From positions 1-64,000 of the forward strand of contig CBFHKU010000003.1 of assembly GCA_965656495.1 (NCBI GenBank): a stretch of 64,000 bases of DNA, in the 5' to 3' direction. Shown here one piece after another: positions 8,354-19,247 of this stretch (position 1 is the first letter of the stretch; every line of letters starts with the position of its first letter). The notes under the pieces are model-generated. The model was not told the DNA's origin. It ran no database searches and saw nothing but the letters and a program-made list of their open reading frames with translations. The DNA comes from Coraliomargaritaceae bacterium. Its GTDB lineage: Bacteria > Verrucomicrobiota > Verrucomicrobiia > Opitutales > Coraliomargaritaceae. The translations under genes were made by a program, and so were the position numbers.

Positions 8354-10402
8354 TTAGAATTCCATGCGCAGGCCAACCGCGATATTGCGTCCCGGCAATG
8401 GCGCTTCTTCTTTTAAATAAGAAGTATGATGCACGATTTTGCGATCGAGCAAATTATTGGCGTTTGCAAAGAGGCTCAAGGAACGGCCTCCGGGCAGAGC
8501 AAAACTTTTGCTCAGGTAGGCGTCCAGTTGCGAATAGCCCGAGGTCTCGCTTTCGTAGGTCGCGGTATCTTTTTGACGCAGAGCCTGTGTAAGATCCAGA
8601 CCCGCTTCCCAATCGGAGCTCTCGTAATCGAGACCGATGCCGAGGCGTACCGGCGGAATGCGCGGTAAGGATTCTCCGGAACCGCGTTTCTCGGCTTGAA
8701 TCCAGTCTGCCATGAGGCTCAGGCTCAAGGCATCTTCACCCTTACGATAGAGGACGCGCTCGTAGCTCGCCTCAATCCCGAAGAAGTTCGCATCCACTGC
8801 CCCGTATCGGTAGGTGTCATAAGCGTGATCATCCTCGAAGTTGGGATCTGTTTCCGGACGTCCTTCATCATCGGTTTCATACCCGAGATTCTCACTATTA
8901 ATATAGTCATCAAAACGGGTATAAAAAACGGTCACACTCGCGGAATCCTCTGCTCGTGCAAACTCATAGGTCAGGTCCAGACCAAGGGCGGTTTCGACCT
9001 CAAGTGAGGGGTCCCCGATTTCATAGCGCTGGGCCGCGATGTGGGCTCCCTCGCTATAAAGTTCGGTGGTGCTGGGATGACGCTGGGAACGCTGCAGGCT
9101 CAGTTTGAGGGTTTGCTGCGCATCGATATTCCAGATGGCGCTGGCGGCAGCGCTAATCGCCTCATCGGAGTAATCATTTGCAATGCCATCCGCTTGGATG
9201 CGTTTGTGCTCGAGGCGACCCCCGAGTTCATAGTGCAAGTGCTCGCCATGCCAGTGTTCGTTAAAGAAGAGGGCTCCGTTACGGACTTCCGAGCTGGGAA
9301 TGAAGGCCTCATCGCCGACGATGGAAGTATCGGTATTCGAAATTTGAATACCGACGGTGCCGGTATCAATACCAGCCCAGGGCTTATGGGCGATTTCACC
9401 ACGCAGCTCCCATCCGGTGCGCTCGTAGCGGATCTCAGAGGCTCCGTCTACGAGTTCCTGGTGATGGTAATCGGTATGTCCGGCACGCAGACGCAAGGCC
9501 TCCGCCCAGGCAAAGGGCTCGGAGATTTGGTATTCCGCATTGATGCGACGCGTTTCCATTTCGATAGCAACGCCTTCTTCTTCATCGGCGGGAGCACCGC
9601 CTCCGCCATGATCACCATGCTCGTGACCGGGCACGCCGTAGTCGGAGTCCAGATCGGTGTAGGCGATGCCGAAGTAATGATCATCCCCGAAGAAGCGAGT
9701 CGCACCGAGGGAATAATAACGGGACTGCTGGAAGCTATTATCCAGCTTGGGCTCCTCAAACTTGGGGACGCGATAGTTTTCGTTTTTGCGTTCCAGTGCG
9801 GTGGCTCGCAGCACCCAGTCTTGGTTGCCGGTGCTGAAGTGCCCCGCACTTGTTCTCCCGTTTGAGACGGAGTCAAAGCGGGTCTCGGTGGCACCACCAA
9901 AGCCCGAAGCCGGGGCGCGTTCCCGGGGGAGGGATTTATCGACCACGTTAATGGTACCCCCGATTGCGGAACCACCGTAGAGGAGGGTGCTGGGGCCGCG
10001 CAGCACTTCGACCCGGTCGATCAGTAGCGGCTCGAGAGCCACCGCGTGATCCGCACTGGTTTCAGAAACGTCGAAGGCCTGAATACCGGAATCGAGAATC
10101 CGAACCCGGGGGCCGTCGAAGCCGCGCAGGATCGGGCGACTTGCGCCTGCCGTGAAGGAGGTGGCGGCAACTCCGGGCATGCCCTCGAGCAAGGCACCGA
10201 GATTACTCGCATTTTTTCTATTCAGCGCCTCGGCGGTCAATACTTCCACGGGGGCGGCAAAATCCTGAATGGCACGCAGACCGGGGCCCGCGGAAACGAT
10301 GTAATCCTCTAGGAGGTAAATTTCCTCTTTGGATTCAGCGTGTGTAAAAAGTGTAGTGAGCAAACTGCCTGCAAGGGCAGCGCCCAGAAAATAATAATTC
10401 AT
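8354..10402 (-). CDS. TonB-dependent receptor, ZnuD-like (probably metal uptake)
   Basis: Signal peptide; plug GASRPILRGFDGPRVRIL..SADHAV; VEVLRGPSTLLYG; His loop GHEHGDH; C-terminal PGRN..F. Confidence 0.9.
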   Translation of the reverse strand: MNYYFLGAALAGSLLTTLFTHAESKEEIYLLEDYIVSAGPGLRAIQDFAAPVEVLTAEALNRKNASNLGALLEGMPGVAATSFTAGASRPILRGFDGPRVRILDSGIQAFDVSETSADHAVALEPLLIDRVEVLRGPSTLLYGGSAIGGTINVVDKSLPRERAPASGFGGATETRFDSVSNGRTSAGHFSTGNQDWVLRATALERKNENYRVPKFEEPKLDNSFQQSRYYSLGATRFFGDDHYFGIAYTDLDSDYGVPGHEHGDHGGGGAPADEEEGVAIEMETRRINAEYQISEPFAWAEALRLRAGHTDYHHQELVDGASEIRYERTGWELRGEIAHKPWAGIDTGTVGIQISNTDTSIVGDEAFIPSSEVRNGALFFNEHWHGEHLHYELGGRLEHKRIQADGIANDYSDEAISAAASAIWNIDAQQTLKLSLQRSQRHPSTTELYSEGAHIAAQRYEIGDPSLEVETALGLDLTYEFARAEDSASVTVFYTRFDDYINSENLGYETDDEGRPETDPNFEDDHAYDTYRYGAVDANFFGIEASYERVLYRKGEDALSLSLMADWIQAEKRGSGESLPRIPPVRLGIGLDYESSDWEAGLDLTQALRQKDTATYESETSGYSQLDAYLSKSFALPGGRSLSLFANANNLLDRKIVHHTSYLKEEAPLPGRNIAVGLRMEF

Positions 10403-10430
10403 ATCTGTGACGGTTAAGAGTTGTTTGCGA

Positions 10431-10452
10431 AAAGGGGCCACCTCGGTGGCCT
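10431..10452 (-). promoter_or_regulatory. GC hairpin plus short U-run between the RAPP ORF and the receptor (possible attenuator)
   Basis: Minus strand reads GGCCAC-CGAG-GTGGCC-CCTTTT. Confidence 0.45.
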
Positions 10453-10459
10453 GTTTGAT

Positions 10460-10831
10460 CTATGCGAACAACACCGTCGGGGGAGCCCGGCTGCGCTGGC
10501 TCAATGGCGCGCGGGCAAATTGGGAAGCGAGCTCCGGAAATTCAGGAGACTCGCGGGAAAAGACCGCTCGCGAGGGCAAGACCGCCGCCGCACCGATGAC
10601 CAGCCCGTCGCTGTATAAAACGACGGCACAGCCTGCCCCGGATGGAGCGCTTTCTTCGGGTTCCTCGTCGTGTGAGGAGCCGCAGCTATGATGCGGGCAT
10701 CCCTCTCCCGCATGCAGGGCTTGGTGTACCTCGGGATTGACCGAGGCAAGTCCCAACACAAACACCATACTCGCCTGCAAAACGGCGAGCAGGCAGTAGC
10801 GAGTGGTTTGGAACTTTTTGGAGCGGGACAT
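10460..10831 (-). CDS. DUF2946/CruR-like His/Cys-rich upstream ORF with C-terminal RAPP motif
   Basis: Hydrophobic N-terminal segment, HQALH..CPHHSC..H..C, C-terminus SRAPPTVLFA; directly upstream of the TonB receptor on the same strand. Confidence 0.7.
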   Translation of the reverse strand: MSRSKKFQTTRYCLLAVLQASMVFVLGLASVNPEVHQALHAGEGCPHHSCGSSHDEEPEESAPSGAGCAVVLYSDGLVIGAAAVLPSRAVFSRESPEFPELASQFARAPLSQRSRAPPTVLFA

Positions 10832-10913
10832 TGGACGTAAAAAAGAGTTTATTATACCAAAAGCTGTCAAGTAGGCAATTGCCATGCGTGGAAAAGGCGC
10901 CAACAGTTCTTAA

Positions 10914-12200
10914 ATGGAAATTTTAATGGCATTGGTGGCAGGCGTTTTTGCCGGTGGGGGTCTGGTTTACTTCGTGATGCGCGGCGCTTCGAGTGGAACC
11001 GGGGCTGAGCAGAATACATTACAGCGCGAACTGGCGGAGGCACGCGAGGCCCTTGCCCGGATGGAGGCCCGCCGCGAGGCGGAGAACAAGGCCGCGGAGG
11101 AAAAACTCGCCCTCCTGGAGGCCACCCGCGAGAAGCTCATGGAGAGTTTTCAAGCGCTTTCGTCCGAGGCGCTGAATAAAAACAACCGTTCTTTTCTGGA
11201 ACTCGCCAAGGCGTCACTTGAAAAATATCAGGAGGGCGCGAGGGGCGACCTCGAGAAACGTCAGCAGGCCATCCAGAAGACCGTCGAGCCCGTTGGCAAA
11301 GCGCTCGAGAAATTTGAAGAGCGGGTCAATAATCTTGAAGAGCGCCGCACCCAGACCGATGCCGGACTCAAGGAACAACTGGAACTGCTCGCTCAGTCTC
11401 AGCACCGCCTCAGCCAAACCACCACCGGCCTCATGAATGCCCTCCGCAAACCCGAGGGCCGCGGACGCTGGGGGGAGCTGCAACTGCGCCGCACCGTCGA
11501 ATTGGCAGGCATGATCAATTACTGCGATTTTGAGGAACAAACCAGCGTTGAAAATGATGCGGGGGAACGCCTTCGTCCCGACATGCTGATTCGCTTGCCC
11601 AACGAACGACAGGTAGTCGTGGATTCAAAAGTGCCGCTGGCAGCCTACCTGGAAGCATTGGAAGAGGGCGATGCCGCCGCAAAATCCGCCCAATTGGAGC
11701 GCCATGCCCGACACATCCGTGAACACATCAAGGGCCTCTCGCAGAAGAAGTATTGGAGTCAGTTTGAAAACACCCCGGAATTTGTGGTCCTGTTTGTCCC
11801 CAACGAGGCGGTCTTCAGCGCGGCGCTCGAGGTCGATCCCCAACTGATTGAATTGGGCGTCGAGAACCGCGTCATTCTCGCGACTCCGACCACCCTGATC
11901 GCGCTCCTCAAGGCAATTGCCTACGGTTGGCAACAGGACGCGGTCGCGCGCGAGGCACGGGAAATCAGCGCGCTTGGCAAGGAACTCTACGAGCGCATTG
12001 GCGTGGTGGTCGGACACTTCTCAAGCGTCGGCAAAAGCCTCGGGCAGGCCGTCAATCATTACAACAAGGCGATCAGTTCTGCCGAGAGCCGCCTCCTCGT
12101 CACCGCACGCAAATTCGAGGCACTCGAAAGCGTCAGCGCCGAGGCACTCCCGGAAACAAAAAGCATCGAGACGATCCCAACTCTGCCGAGGGACGAATAA
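10914..12200 (+). CDS. rmuC: DNA recombination protein RmuC
   Basis: N-terminal TM plus coiled coil; GRWGELQL, RPDMLIRLP, VVDSKVPL, FVVLFVPNE, LATPTTLIALL. Confidence 0.93.
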   Translation: MEILMALVAGVFAGGGLVYFVMRGASSGTGAEQNTLQRELAEAREALARMEARREAENKAAEEKLALLEATREKLMESFQALSSEALNKNNRSFLELAKASLEKYQEGARGDLEKRQQAIQKTVEPVGKALEKFEERVNNLEERRTQTDAGLKEQLELLAQSQHRLSQTTTGLMNALRKPEGRGRWGELQLRRTVELAGMINYCDFEEQTSVENDAGERLRPDMLIRLPNERQVVVDSKVPLAAYLEALEEGDAAAKSAQLERHARHIREHIKGLSQKKYWSQFENTPEFVVLFVPNEAVFSAALEVDPQLIELGVENRVILATPTTLIALLKAIAYGWQQDAVAREAREISALGKELYERIGVVVGHFSSVGKSLGQAVNHYNKAISSAESRLLVTARKFEALESVSAEALPETKSIETIPTLPRDE

Positions 12201-12298
12201 CTATCTTTAAATGCAGGTATTTCGTTCAAATAAAGTTTTGACATTTATATTATAATATTCATTTAAAATTTATTAAACCTACAATTATAAAGATTAAT

Positions 12299-12788
12299 AT
12301 GATTCAATATATACAAAAAACATTGGCAGTAGTGTTGGCTTTAAGCCTGACGGGCTGTGCGAGCATAATCAGTAAATCAGAGTATTCAGTTTCTCTTCAA
12401 AGCTCACCATCAGGGGCACAAATCACAATTATTGATGAGCGTGGTTCAATTGTACACAAGGGAACGACGCCAACAATGGTTACCTTAAAGGCGAGCACTG
12501 GCTTCTTTAACGGGGCAGATTATACTGTGAATGCCAAACTCGCGAACGGTGAAACGACCACAACTAGCATCAGAAGCGAAATTGATGGCTGGTATATCGC
12601 TAATTTGCTTTTTGGCGGTAATTGGACTTCTAATCGTCGATCCAGCGACTGGCGCAATGTATAAGCTGCCGGAAAGTGCAGTCCTGAGCTTCAGCGAATC
12701 CGCCAACATTGGTAAAGGTCTCCATATCCTGAGCGTCGAAGCACTGGATTCAGAACTGAAAAAACAACTTATTCCTGTTAAGGGCTAA
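12299..12788 (+). pseudogene. Putative lipoprotein (PEGA-like), frameshifted near 12618
   Basis: Lipobox LTGC. Frame A ends GWYIANLLFGG and frame B continues IGLLIVDPATGAMYKL. AT-rich. Confidence 0.7.
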
Positions 12789-12802
12789 GCATAGAATTTT
12801 AC

Positions 12803-12839
12803 AAGCCTGCGCATAAGTCATTCATGCGCAGGCTTTTTT
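12803..12839 (+). terminator. Intrinsic terminator
   Basis: AAGCCTGCGCAT-N9-ATGCGCAGGCTT followed by a T-run. Confidence 0.85.
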
Positions 12840-12962
12840 GTAGGCGGATTCCGAGAAAATCCAAATACCTTGACGTCAAGGCATCTGCTGCGGGGGAATT
12901 TTAAAGATGTGATTTTCCTTTGATTATCTGGCTATTTCTGGTTTTCCCAGTAGATCTTTTTT

Positions 12963-13244
12963 ATGCAATCAGACCCTGAACCAGTGGAATTCCCTATTAA
13001 TGGGGAGTTGGATTTACACACCTTTCGGCCTCAGGAGGTGGGTGAATTGGTGCCGGACTATTTGGAGCTTTGTCATGAAAAGGGTTTGCGGCGGGTACGC
13101 ATTATTCACGGAAAGGGTATTGGGACGCTGCGGGAAACGGTGCATGCGATCTTGAAACGGGAACCGCGGGTGGCGCGTTTTGAATTGGCGGGTTCAGGAG
13201 AAGGAGGTTGGGGTGCGACCATTGCCTGGTTGAAGGATGATTGA
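12963..13244 (+). CDS. Smr domain protein
   Basis: ELDLHTF..RIIHGKGIGTLR..GGWGAT. Confidence 0.92.
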   Translation: MQSDPEPVEFPINGELDLHTFRPQEVGELVPDYLELCHEKGLRRVRIIHGKGIGTLRETVHAILKREPRVARFELAGSGEGGWGATIAWLKDD

Positions 13245-13381
13245 ATCGCATCTGCGGGCTTGGAAACGCGCTTGCCAGCATCCAGTGCCCCTGCCAAGAT
13301 GCGCGTTTTTTCAACAGGGTTGATTTTCCAAAGCGATCCTTGCGGAAATTCTGACCCGCCGCTTAAAACGGCTTTGTTCCA

Positions 13382-16300
13382 ATGATCACCACCATCTTAA
13401 AGAAATTTTCCGGCAATCACTACAAGAAGTATTTCAAGAAGTGCCAGCCCATCATCGCGCAGATCAATGCGCACGAAACCGCGTATCAGTCCTTGAGTGA
13501 CGCGGACTTGCGCGCCAAGACGGCGGAGTTCATGGGGCGTTTTGAGGCGGGGGAGAGCTTGGATGATCTTTTACCGGAGGCGTTTGCGGCGGTAAAGAAT
13601 GCCGCCCGCCGCATGTGCGGCCAGAGCTACGAGGTTTGCGACCACGAATTGCCCTGGAACATGGTGCATTATGATGTGCAGTTACTCGGCGGTATTGCGC
13701 TGCACGAGAAGCGCATTGCGGAAATGGCAACGGGCGAAGGCAAGACCCTTGTTTCGACTTGCCCGCTTTACTTGAACGCCTTGAGCGGGCGCAACTGCCA
13801 ACTTGTCACCGTTAATGATTACCTAGCCCGCCGTGACTCGGAGTGGATGGGGCACCTCTTTCAATTTCTCGGGCTTACGGTTGGCTGCATCCAGAACAGC
13901 ATGGACCCCGCCACCCGCCGCGAAATGTATGGCCGCAATATCACCTACGGCACCGCTTCGGAATTCGGCTTTGATTACCTCCGCGACAATGGCATGGCTT
14001 CGCGCAAGGAGGATCAGGTTCAGCGCGACCATTTCTTTTGTATCATCGACGAGGTCGATTCCATTCTGGTGGACGAGGCCCGCACCCCGCTAATCATTTC
14101 GGGGCCGATGCAGGACGACAATCCGCTGCCCTTTAACGAGCACCGCCCGGTGGTGCAAAAGCTGGTTTCCAAACAGCAGAGCTACTGCAACAAACTCGCG
14201 ACCGATGCGAAGATTCGGCTCGAGGATGAGGGGATTGATGCCGACAAACAACAGGAGGCGATCTCGGATTTGTATCAGGTCAAGTTGGGGATGCCGAAGA
14301 ACAAACAGTTGCTCCGCTTGATGGAGGTGCCCGCAGTGCGCCGCCTGCTCGACAAATTCGACCTCGAAATGAACAGCGACTTTAACAAGGAGCTGCGCTA
14401 CGCCCTCAAGGAGTCGCTTTATTACGTCATCGACGAAAAACAGCAACAGGCGGACCTTACCGAAAAAGGCCGAAGCTTGATCAATCCCACCGATCCGGAT
14501 GCCTTCATGCTGCCGGATCTGCCTTCGCAATTCATCGAGATCGACAAGCAGACGGAACTCGATCTGAAGGCCAAGCAAGTTGCCAAACAAGCCGTCGAAC
14601 AAACTTTCCAGCAAACCAGTGAGCGCATTCACTGCATCAGTCAGCTCCTGCGCGCATACAGTCTTTACGAGCGCGACAAGGAATACGTCGTGCAAAACGG
14701 CAAGGTCAACATCGTGGACCAAAACACCGGGCGCGTCATGCCGGGCCGCCGTTGGTCGGACGGCTTGCACCAAGCGGTGGAGGCAAAAGAAAATTGCACG
14801 ATTGAAAAAGAGACGAAGACCTACGCCACCGTCACGATCCAGAATTACTTCCGCATGTATGAAAAGATTGCGGGGATGACCGGCACCGCCGAGACCGAGG
14901 CTGCCGAATTCAATGAGATCTATGGCCTTTCGGTGATGATCATTCCCACGAACCGACCCTGCATCCGCGCCGACCGAAACGACGTTGTTTACAAGACGCG
15001 CCGCGAGAAATACGCCGCAGTGGTACGGGAAATCCAGGAAGCCAATCAGTCCGGGCAACCCGTCCTCGTGGGCACCGCCTCGGTGGAGGCCTCCGAGGTG
15101 CTCAGCCGGATGCTCAAGCGCGCCAACATTGTCCACAGTGTTCTCAATGCGAAATTCCACGCGCAGGAGGCCGACATTGTGGCACGCGCCGGGCAAAAGG
15201 GCGCCGTCACCATCGCCACCAATATGGCCGGACGCGGGACGGATATCAAACTCGGCGAAGGGGTGCACGCGCTCGGCGGGCTGTATGTCATTGGCACGGA
15301 ACGACACGAGTCCCGCCGCATTGACCGCCAGCTCCGGGGACGTTGTGCCCGTCAGGGGGATCCCGGCACTTCCAAGTTTTTCGTTTCCCTCGAGGACGAC
15401 TTGATGCGACTCTTTGCGAGCGCAGGTCCGATTTCCCGCATTCTGGAGAAATCCTTCAGTGAAGGGGAGGAGTTGGAGCACGCCGCCCTCAATTGGTCGA
15501 TTGAAAACGCTCAGAAAAAAGTGGAGCAGCAGAACTTTTCCATCCGCAAACGCCTCCTCCAGTTTGACGACGTCCTCAACATGCAACGGGAGGTCATCTA
15601 CGGCATTCGCAACGAGGCCATTCAGTCGGAAACTCCCCGCGACATCATTAACGAGATGATCGAGGAAGAGGTGGAGCTTCGTCTGGAAACGCTGGAAGCC
15701 GAGAACAATGAAGAGGGAATGGAAACCTTTCTCGGTTGGCTGAACGCATATTTCCCGCTCGCGTTGAAGCCCGAAGATCTTGAATCATTAAAGACCGAGG
15801 CCCGCCAAAGCCTCATACTTGAACGCATTGGGGAGGCCTATGCGCAACGGGAAGCGATTGAGGAAAAGGAGGCGCTGGTCGGGCTGGAGCGCTACGTCAT
15901 TATTCGTTCCCTCGACCGCCGCTGGCAGGATCACCTCACCGAAATGGAGGAACTGCGCCGCAGTGTGAATCTCCGGGGCTACGGTCAAAAGGATCCGCTT
16001 AACGAATACAAGAGCGAGGCGTATGTCTTCTTTGAGGAACTGATGCAAAATGCCCGGTCTGAGATTTGTAATTCGATTTTCCGTTCTGCGACGAGCGCGG
16101 AGGCTTTCGAGAAAATGCTCTCCCGCATGGCGACTCCGGTGCAACAGGCCGGACCGGCGCAGGGACAACCCAGTGCCCTCGCGGTTGCGGCGGGCCAGCA
16201 GGCCGCCGCCCCCGATGCGGGTGCCGGCAAGGAAATAAGCCTGCCGAAAGTGGAGCCGGTCCGCCGTGAACTTCCGAAGATCGGGCGCAATGAGACCGTT

Positions 16301-16393
16301 ACGATCCGCAAGGGCGCGGAAGAGAAGGCAATGAAGTTTAAAAAGGCGGAGGCCTTGATTGAGAACGAAGGCTGGGAACTGGTAAGCAAGTAG
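13382..16393 (+). CDS. secA: Preprotein translocase ATPase SecA
   Basis: [63 protein letters not shown]. Confidence 0.98.
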   Translation: MITTILKKFSGNHYKKYFKKCQPIIAQINAHETAYQSLSDADLRAKTAEFMGRFEAGESLDDLLPEAFAAVKNAARRMCGQSYEVCDHELPWNMVHYDVQLLGGIALHEKRIAEMATGEGKTLVSTCPLYLNALSGRNCQLVTVNDYLARRDSEWMGHLFQFLGLTVGCIQNSMDPATRREMYGRNITYGTASEFGFDYLRDNGMASRKEDQVQRDHFFCIIDEVDSILVDEARTPLIISGPMQDDNPLPFNEHRPVVQKLVSKQQSYCNKLATDAKIRLEDEGIDADKQQEAISDLYQVKLGMPKNKQLLRLMEVPAVRRLLDKFDLEMNSDFNKELRYALKESLYYVIDEKQQQADLTEKGRSLINPTDPDAFMLPDLPSQFIEIDKQTELDLKAKQVAKQAVEQTFQQTSERIHCISQLLRAYSLYERDKEYVVQNGKVNIVDQNTGRVMPGRRWSDGLHQAVEAKENCTIEKETKTYATVTIQNYFRMYEKIAGMTGTAETEAAEFNEIYGLSVMIIPTNRPCIRADRNDVVYKTRREKYAAVVREIQEANQSGQPVLVGTASVEASEVLSRMLKRANIVHSVLNAKFHAQEADIVARAGQKGAVTIATNMAGRGTDIKLGEGVHALGGLYVIGTERHESRRIDRQLRGRCARQGDPGTSKFFVSLEDDLMRLFASAGPISRILEKSFSEGEELEHAALNWSIENAQKKVEQQNFSIRKRLLQFDDVLNMQREVIYGIRNEAIQSETPRDIINEMIEEEVELRLETLEAENNEEGMETFLGWLNAYFPLALKPEDLESLKTEARQSLILERIGEAYAQREAIEEKEALVGLERYVIIRSLDRRWQDHLTEMEELRRSVNLRGYGQKDPLNEYKSEAYVFFEELMQNARSEICNSIFRSATSAEAFEKMLSRMATPVQQAGPAQGQPSALAVAAGQQAAAPDAGAGKEISLPKVEPVRRELPKIGRNETVTIRKGAEEKAMKFKKAEALIENEGWELVSK

Positions 16394-16427
16394 CGTATCG
16401 GTTTTTCCACTACAAACAGGACAGGCC

Positions 16428-17999
16428 ATGCGTCGAAAAAAAGAACTTCTATGGGGGCTCTTCGCATGTTTCCTAAGTTCTTTTTTATGGGTGCTCTCGC
16501 TTCCGCCCTTTGAATTTCCCGAGGCCGCCTACATTGCTTTTGTCCCGCTCTTGCTTTGGCTTAAAACCGCGCCCGGGTGGCGCACTTGTTTGGTGGTGGG
16601 TTTCTTCAGTGGGTCAGCGGCATGGTTCGCGATTCTGGTATGGTTGCGTCATGTGACCCTGGGGGGAACGCTCGTGCTGGCATTGATCCTGGGGTTTTTC
16701 TTTTTGGGATGGGTGGTATTTGCCCGAGCCTTGTTGCCCCGCATTGGGGCACGTGCTTTTCCGCTGCGCCTCGTGGGATGGGGGGCGCTTGCGGGCGGCT
16801 GGGTGGTTCTCGAATGGGTGCGCGAGTGGATTTTTTATGGCTTTCCTTGGGCGCCTCTAGCGTTGAGCCAATGGGAACGGCCGGTGGTTTTGCAAATCGC
16901 GGCATGGTCCGGCGCTTATGGGGTTTCCTTCCTCCTTATACTTTTCAACGCATGCGTGGCGCATACCCTCTGGCTCCGCGCCACTGTGAAAGAGCGCAAA
17001 TTTTGGTCGGGATGGTTCAGTCCGGATCTTTACGCCGGGATGCTGCTTCTTGTTTTTTGCATCGTGTTATTTTTCAAGACCCTGCCCGCGCCGGGTAGTT
17101 TTGAAACCCTCTTCCGCGCGGGGGTGGTGCAGCCCTACATTTTACCGGAATTGAAATGGGACGAGGGACGGGAACGGGAAAACATGGCGATTTTGGAACG
17201 GCAAACGGAGTTTGTGGGGGCGATGGAAAATGACCTCATCCTTTGGCCGGAATCCGCGACCCCTTGGCCGGTGATCGGCAATGGGGCGATGCGGACGCGC
17301 CTTGAGATGCTCGCGGATCGCATGGAGCGTCCCTTATTGATGGGCAATTTGGCGTATAATGCGGAAGGCAGAACCTGGGAAAACGGGGTCTTTTTGATTG
17401 AGCCTGAGAAGGGGCTGTATCGCGATTATTACGCCAAGCGGGAGTTGGTTCCCTTTGGCGAGTATGTACCGGCGCCCTTTGATTGGGTGGTCGAAAAATT
17501 TGTGCCAACGATGGGGACCTTTGTGCCCGGTCATGCCGCGACGCTGCTGCCTCTTGAGGTGAACGAGCGGGTCATTCGTTGCGCTCCGTTGGTTTGTTAT
17601 GAGGATATTTTTCCTGCGCTGGCGCGGTCCAGTGTCCTTGCCGGTGCCGAGGTGCTTTTTGTGGCGACGAACAACGCCTGGTATGGGGAGGAGGGCGGGG
17701 CATCGCAACACGCCGCCCACTCGGTGCTGCGCGCGGTGGAAAACCGGCGGCCGGTGATGCGTTGCGGGAACGGCGGTTGGAGCGGTTGGATTGATGCGTA
17801 TGGGACGGTGCGGGAGGTGCTGCGCGACGATCGGGACAGTATTTATTTTCGCGGCGGGGGTACTTTAACGGTGATGCAGGATCGCCGTTGGTTGCGGCGG
17901 CAGAGCTATTATACCCGGCACGGGAATTGGTTTATCGGCGTAAGCGGAGGCTTTGCCGCCGTCGGCATGCTTCTGATTCCCTTCGGGCGGCGTCAATAA
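16428..17999 (+). CDS. lnt: Apolipoprotein N-acyltransferase
   Basis: GFPW, LWPESA, KRELVPFGEYVP, CYEDIFP, TNNAWYG, RAVENRR. Confidence 0.95.
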   Translation: MRRKKELLWGLFACFLSSFLWVLSLPPFEFPEAAYIAFVPLLLWLKTAPGWRTCLVVGFFSGSAAWFAILVWLRHVTLGGTLVLALILGFFFLGWVVFARALLPRIGARAFPLRLVGWGALAGGWVVLEWVREWIFYGFPWAPLALSQWERPVVLQIAAWSGAYGVSFLLILFNACVAHTLWLRATVKERKFWSGWFSPDLYAGMLLLVFCIVLFFKTLPAPGSFETLFRAGVVQPYILPELKWDEGRERENMAILERQTEFVGAMENDLILWPESATPWPVIGNGAMRTRLEMLADRMERPLLMGNLAYNAEGRTWENGVFLIEPEKGLYRDYYAKRELVPFGEYVPAPFDWVVEKFVPTMGTFVPGHAATLLPLEVNERVIRCAPLVCYEDIFPALARSSVLAGAEVLFVATNNAWYGEEGGASQHAAHSVLRAVENRRPVMRCGNGGWSGWIDAYGTVREVLRDDRDSIYFRGGGTLTVMQDRRWLRRQSYYTRHGNWFIGVSGGFAAVGMLLIPFGRRQ

Positions 18000-18823
18000 A
18001 CGAAACCAACCCCGATGCTGAGGCGATCCCCGTTGCCATACTTGGGGCGAGCCTTGCTGACGTGAGAGACGAAATCATGCTTCCATTCGAGGCGGGTGTG
18101 AACGCGGTCGCTGTATCGCCAATAGATTGCGGGCCCTGCCGCGAGCCTGAAGGCGTCCTCATCATTCCACTTGAAGTCGCTTTCCCAGAGGACTTGCATA
18201 TCATCGCGGGCATTCCAGCCGAGGTCGACGGAGGCACTCCATTCGGCAGGCTCGGGGGCTTCAAAGATCCAAGCCGTCACACCCGTTGCAAAGAACCATT
18301 GATACGCTTCTGTTTCGTAGCCCAGAGAGAGTCCGCCGCCCCAGACCCGATCCGCCACCGAGTAGCCCGAGGGTTTTTTCCCAAGCGGGACGCGAACTTG
18401 CGGTGTTATGGACCAGTTGCCGGTGCGTTGATTGAGATTGAAGTAATTTTTCAAGGGCAAGGCGAGGGTCAGGTCACCCCATCCTTTGTCGTGTTCGATT
18501 GTTTTGCTTGAGCCGGAACCCGGGCGTTCCCGGCGGGCTTCGGTCACATAGGGCAATTTGAAGGTGAGGCGAATGGAGCGATCCCAGGTATAGACACCCT
18601 GCAAATGCAACTGCTGGATGTCCTCGCGATGCCCGCGGGCAAGGACCTCCTTGCCTTGCTTTAAATCGCTGCGATGGATGGTTTCGGCGAGCACCTGAAA
18701 ACCATAGCCGCCATCCCAGCGTGGCATCATATTCATGATGGGTTGGTCTGCCCAAGCATTCAGGGCGAACCCCATCAAAAGCAACAATCCAAGTCCCCCT
18801 TTTCCTGTCAGCATCGGTAACAT
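17993..18823 (-). CDS. Putative outer-membrane beta-barrel protein
   Basis: Signal peptide, alternating aromatic beta-strand pattern, GWGDLTL, C-terminal aromatic residue. Confidence 0.6.
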   Translation of the reverse strand: MLPMLTGKGGLGLLLLMGFALNAWADQPIMNMMPRWDGGYGFQVLAETIHRSDLKQGKEVLARGHREDIQQLHLQGVYTWDRSIRLTFKLPYVTEARRERPGSGSSKTIEHDKGWGDLTLALPLKNYFNLNQRTGNWSITPQVRVPLGKKPSGYSVADRVWGGGLSLGYETEAYQWFFATGVTAWIFEAPEPAEWSASVDLGWNARDDMQVLWESDFKWNDEDAFRLAAGPAIYWRYSDRVHTRLEWKHDFVSHVSKARPKYGNGDRLSIGVGFVY

Positions 18824-18827
18824 GGGT

Positions 18828-19247
18828 TTACTGATTTATCTGGAAAGTGTTGGAGACCACTCTTTCTTCCGTCCATTGATAGTAAAGGCCTAGTTCGTAC
18901 CCCGCCCGGTCGATGGCGTCATGAACTGCTTCAAGGTCAATGCGGAAGCCCGGCTGGAAAGCTATAACCAGGAGTTGTTTGGAAGGATCCATCCAAATAC
19001 CTTTTTCAAAAGTGGCTTTGTCGATGCCTGCTAGTTTTGAGAGGTGGATGCGGAGGCCGATGCCGCAGGAATTACAAACGAAACCCTTTACGTGGACTCC
19101 GAGGAAATCCGGCTTACCGGCAAGGTAGTCCGTCGCGGCCTCCAGTCTGAGTTCAGGCGTAACGGGCTTGAACCGCGTCATGCCATACAGGCCCGGAACC
19201 GCACATAAAAAAAAGATAAGTCCGAAAAAAGCAGATAAAGTTTTCAC
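18828..19247 (-). CDS. Exported heavy-metal-associated (HMA-like) protein
   Basis: Signal peptide; VKGFVCNSC (GxxCxxC) and AIDRAGY; GTG start. Confidence 0.65.
   Translation of the reverse strand: MKTLSAFFGLIFFLCAVPGLYGMTRFKPVTPELRLEAATDYLAGKPDFLGVHVKGFVCNSCGIGLRIHLSKLAGIDKATFEKGIWMDPSKQLLVIAFQPGFRIDLEAVHDAIDRAGYELGLYYQWTEERVVSNTFQINQ

Noticed and set aside
10832..10913. Zur/Fur box or consensus promoter for the receptor operon
   Set aside because: No convincing box. TTGACA and TATAAT on the minus strand are only 8 nt apart.
14090..15586. 498-aa ORF on the - strand
   Set aside because: Antisense shadow of secA.
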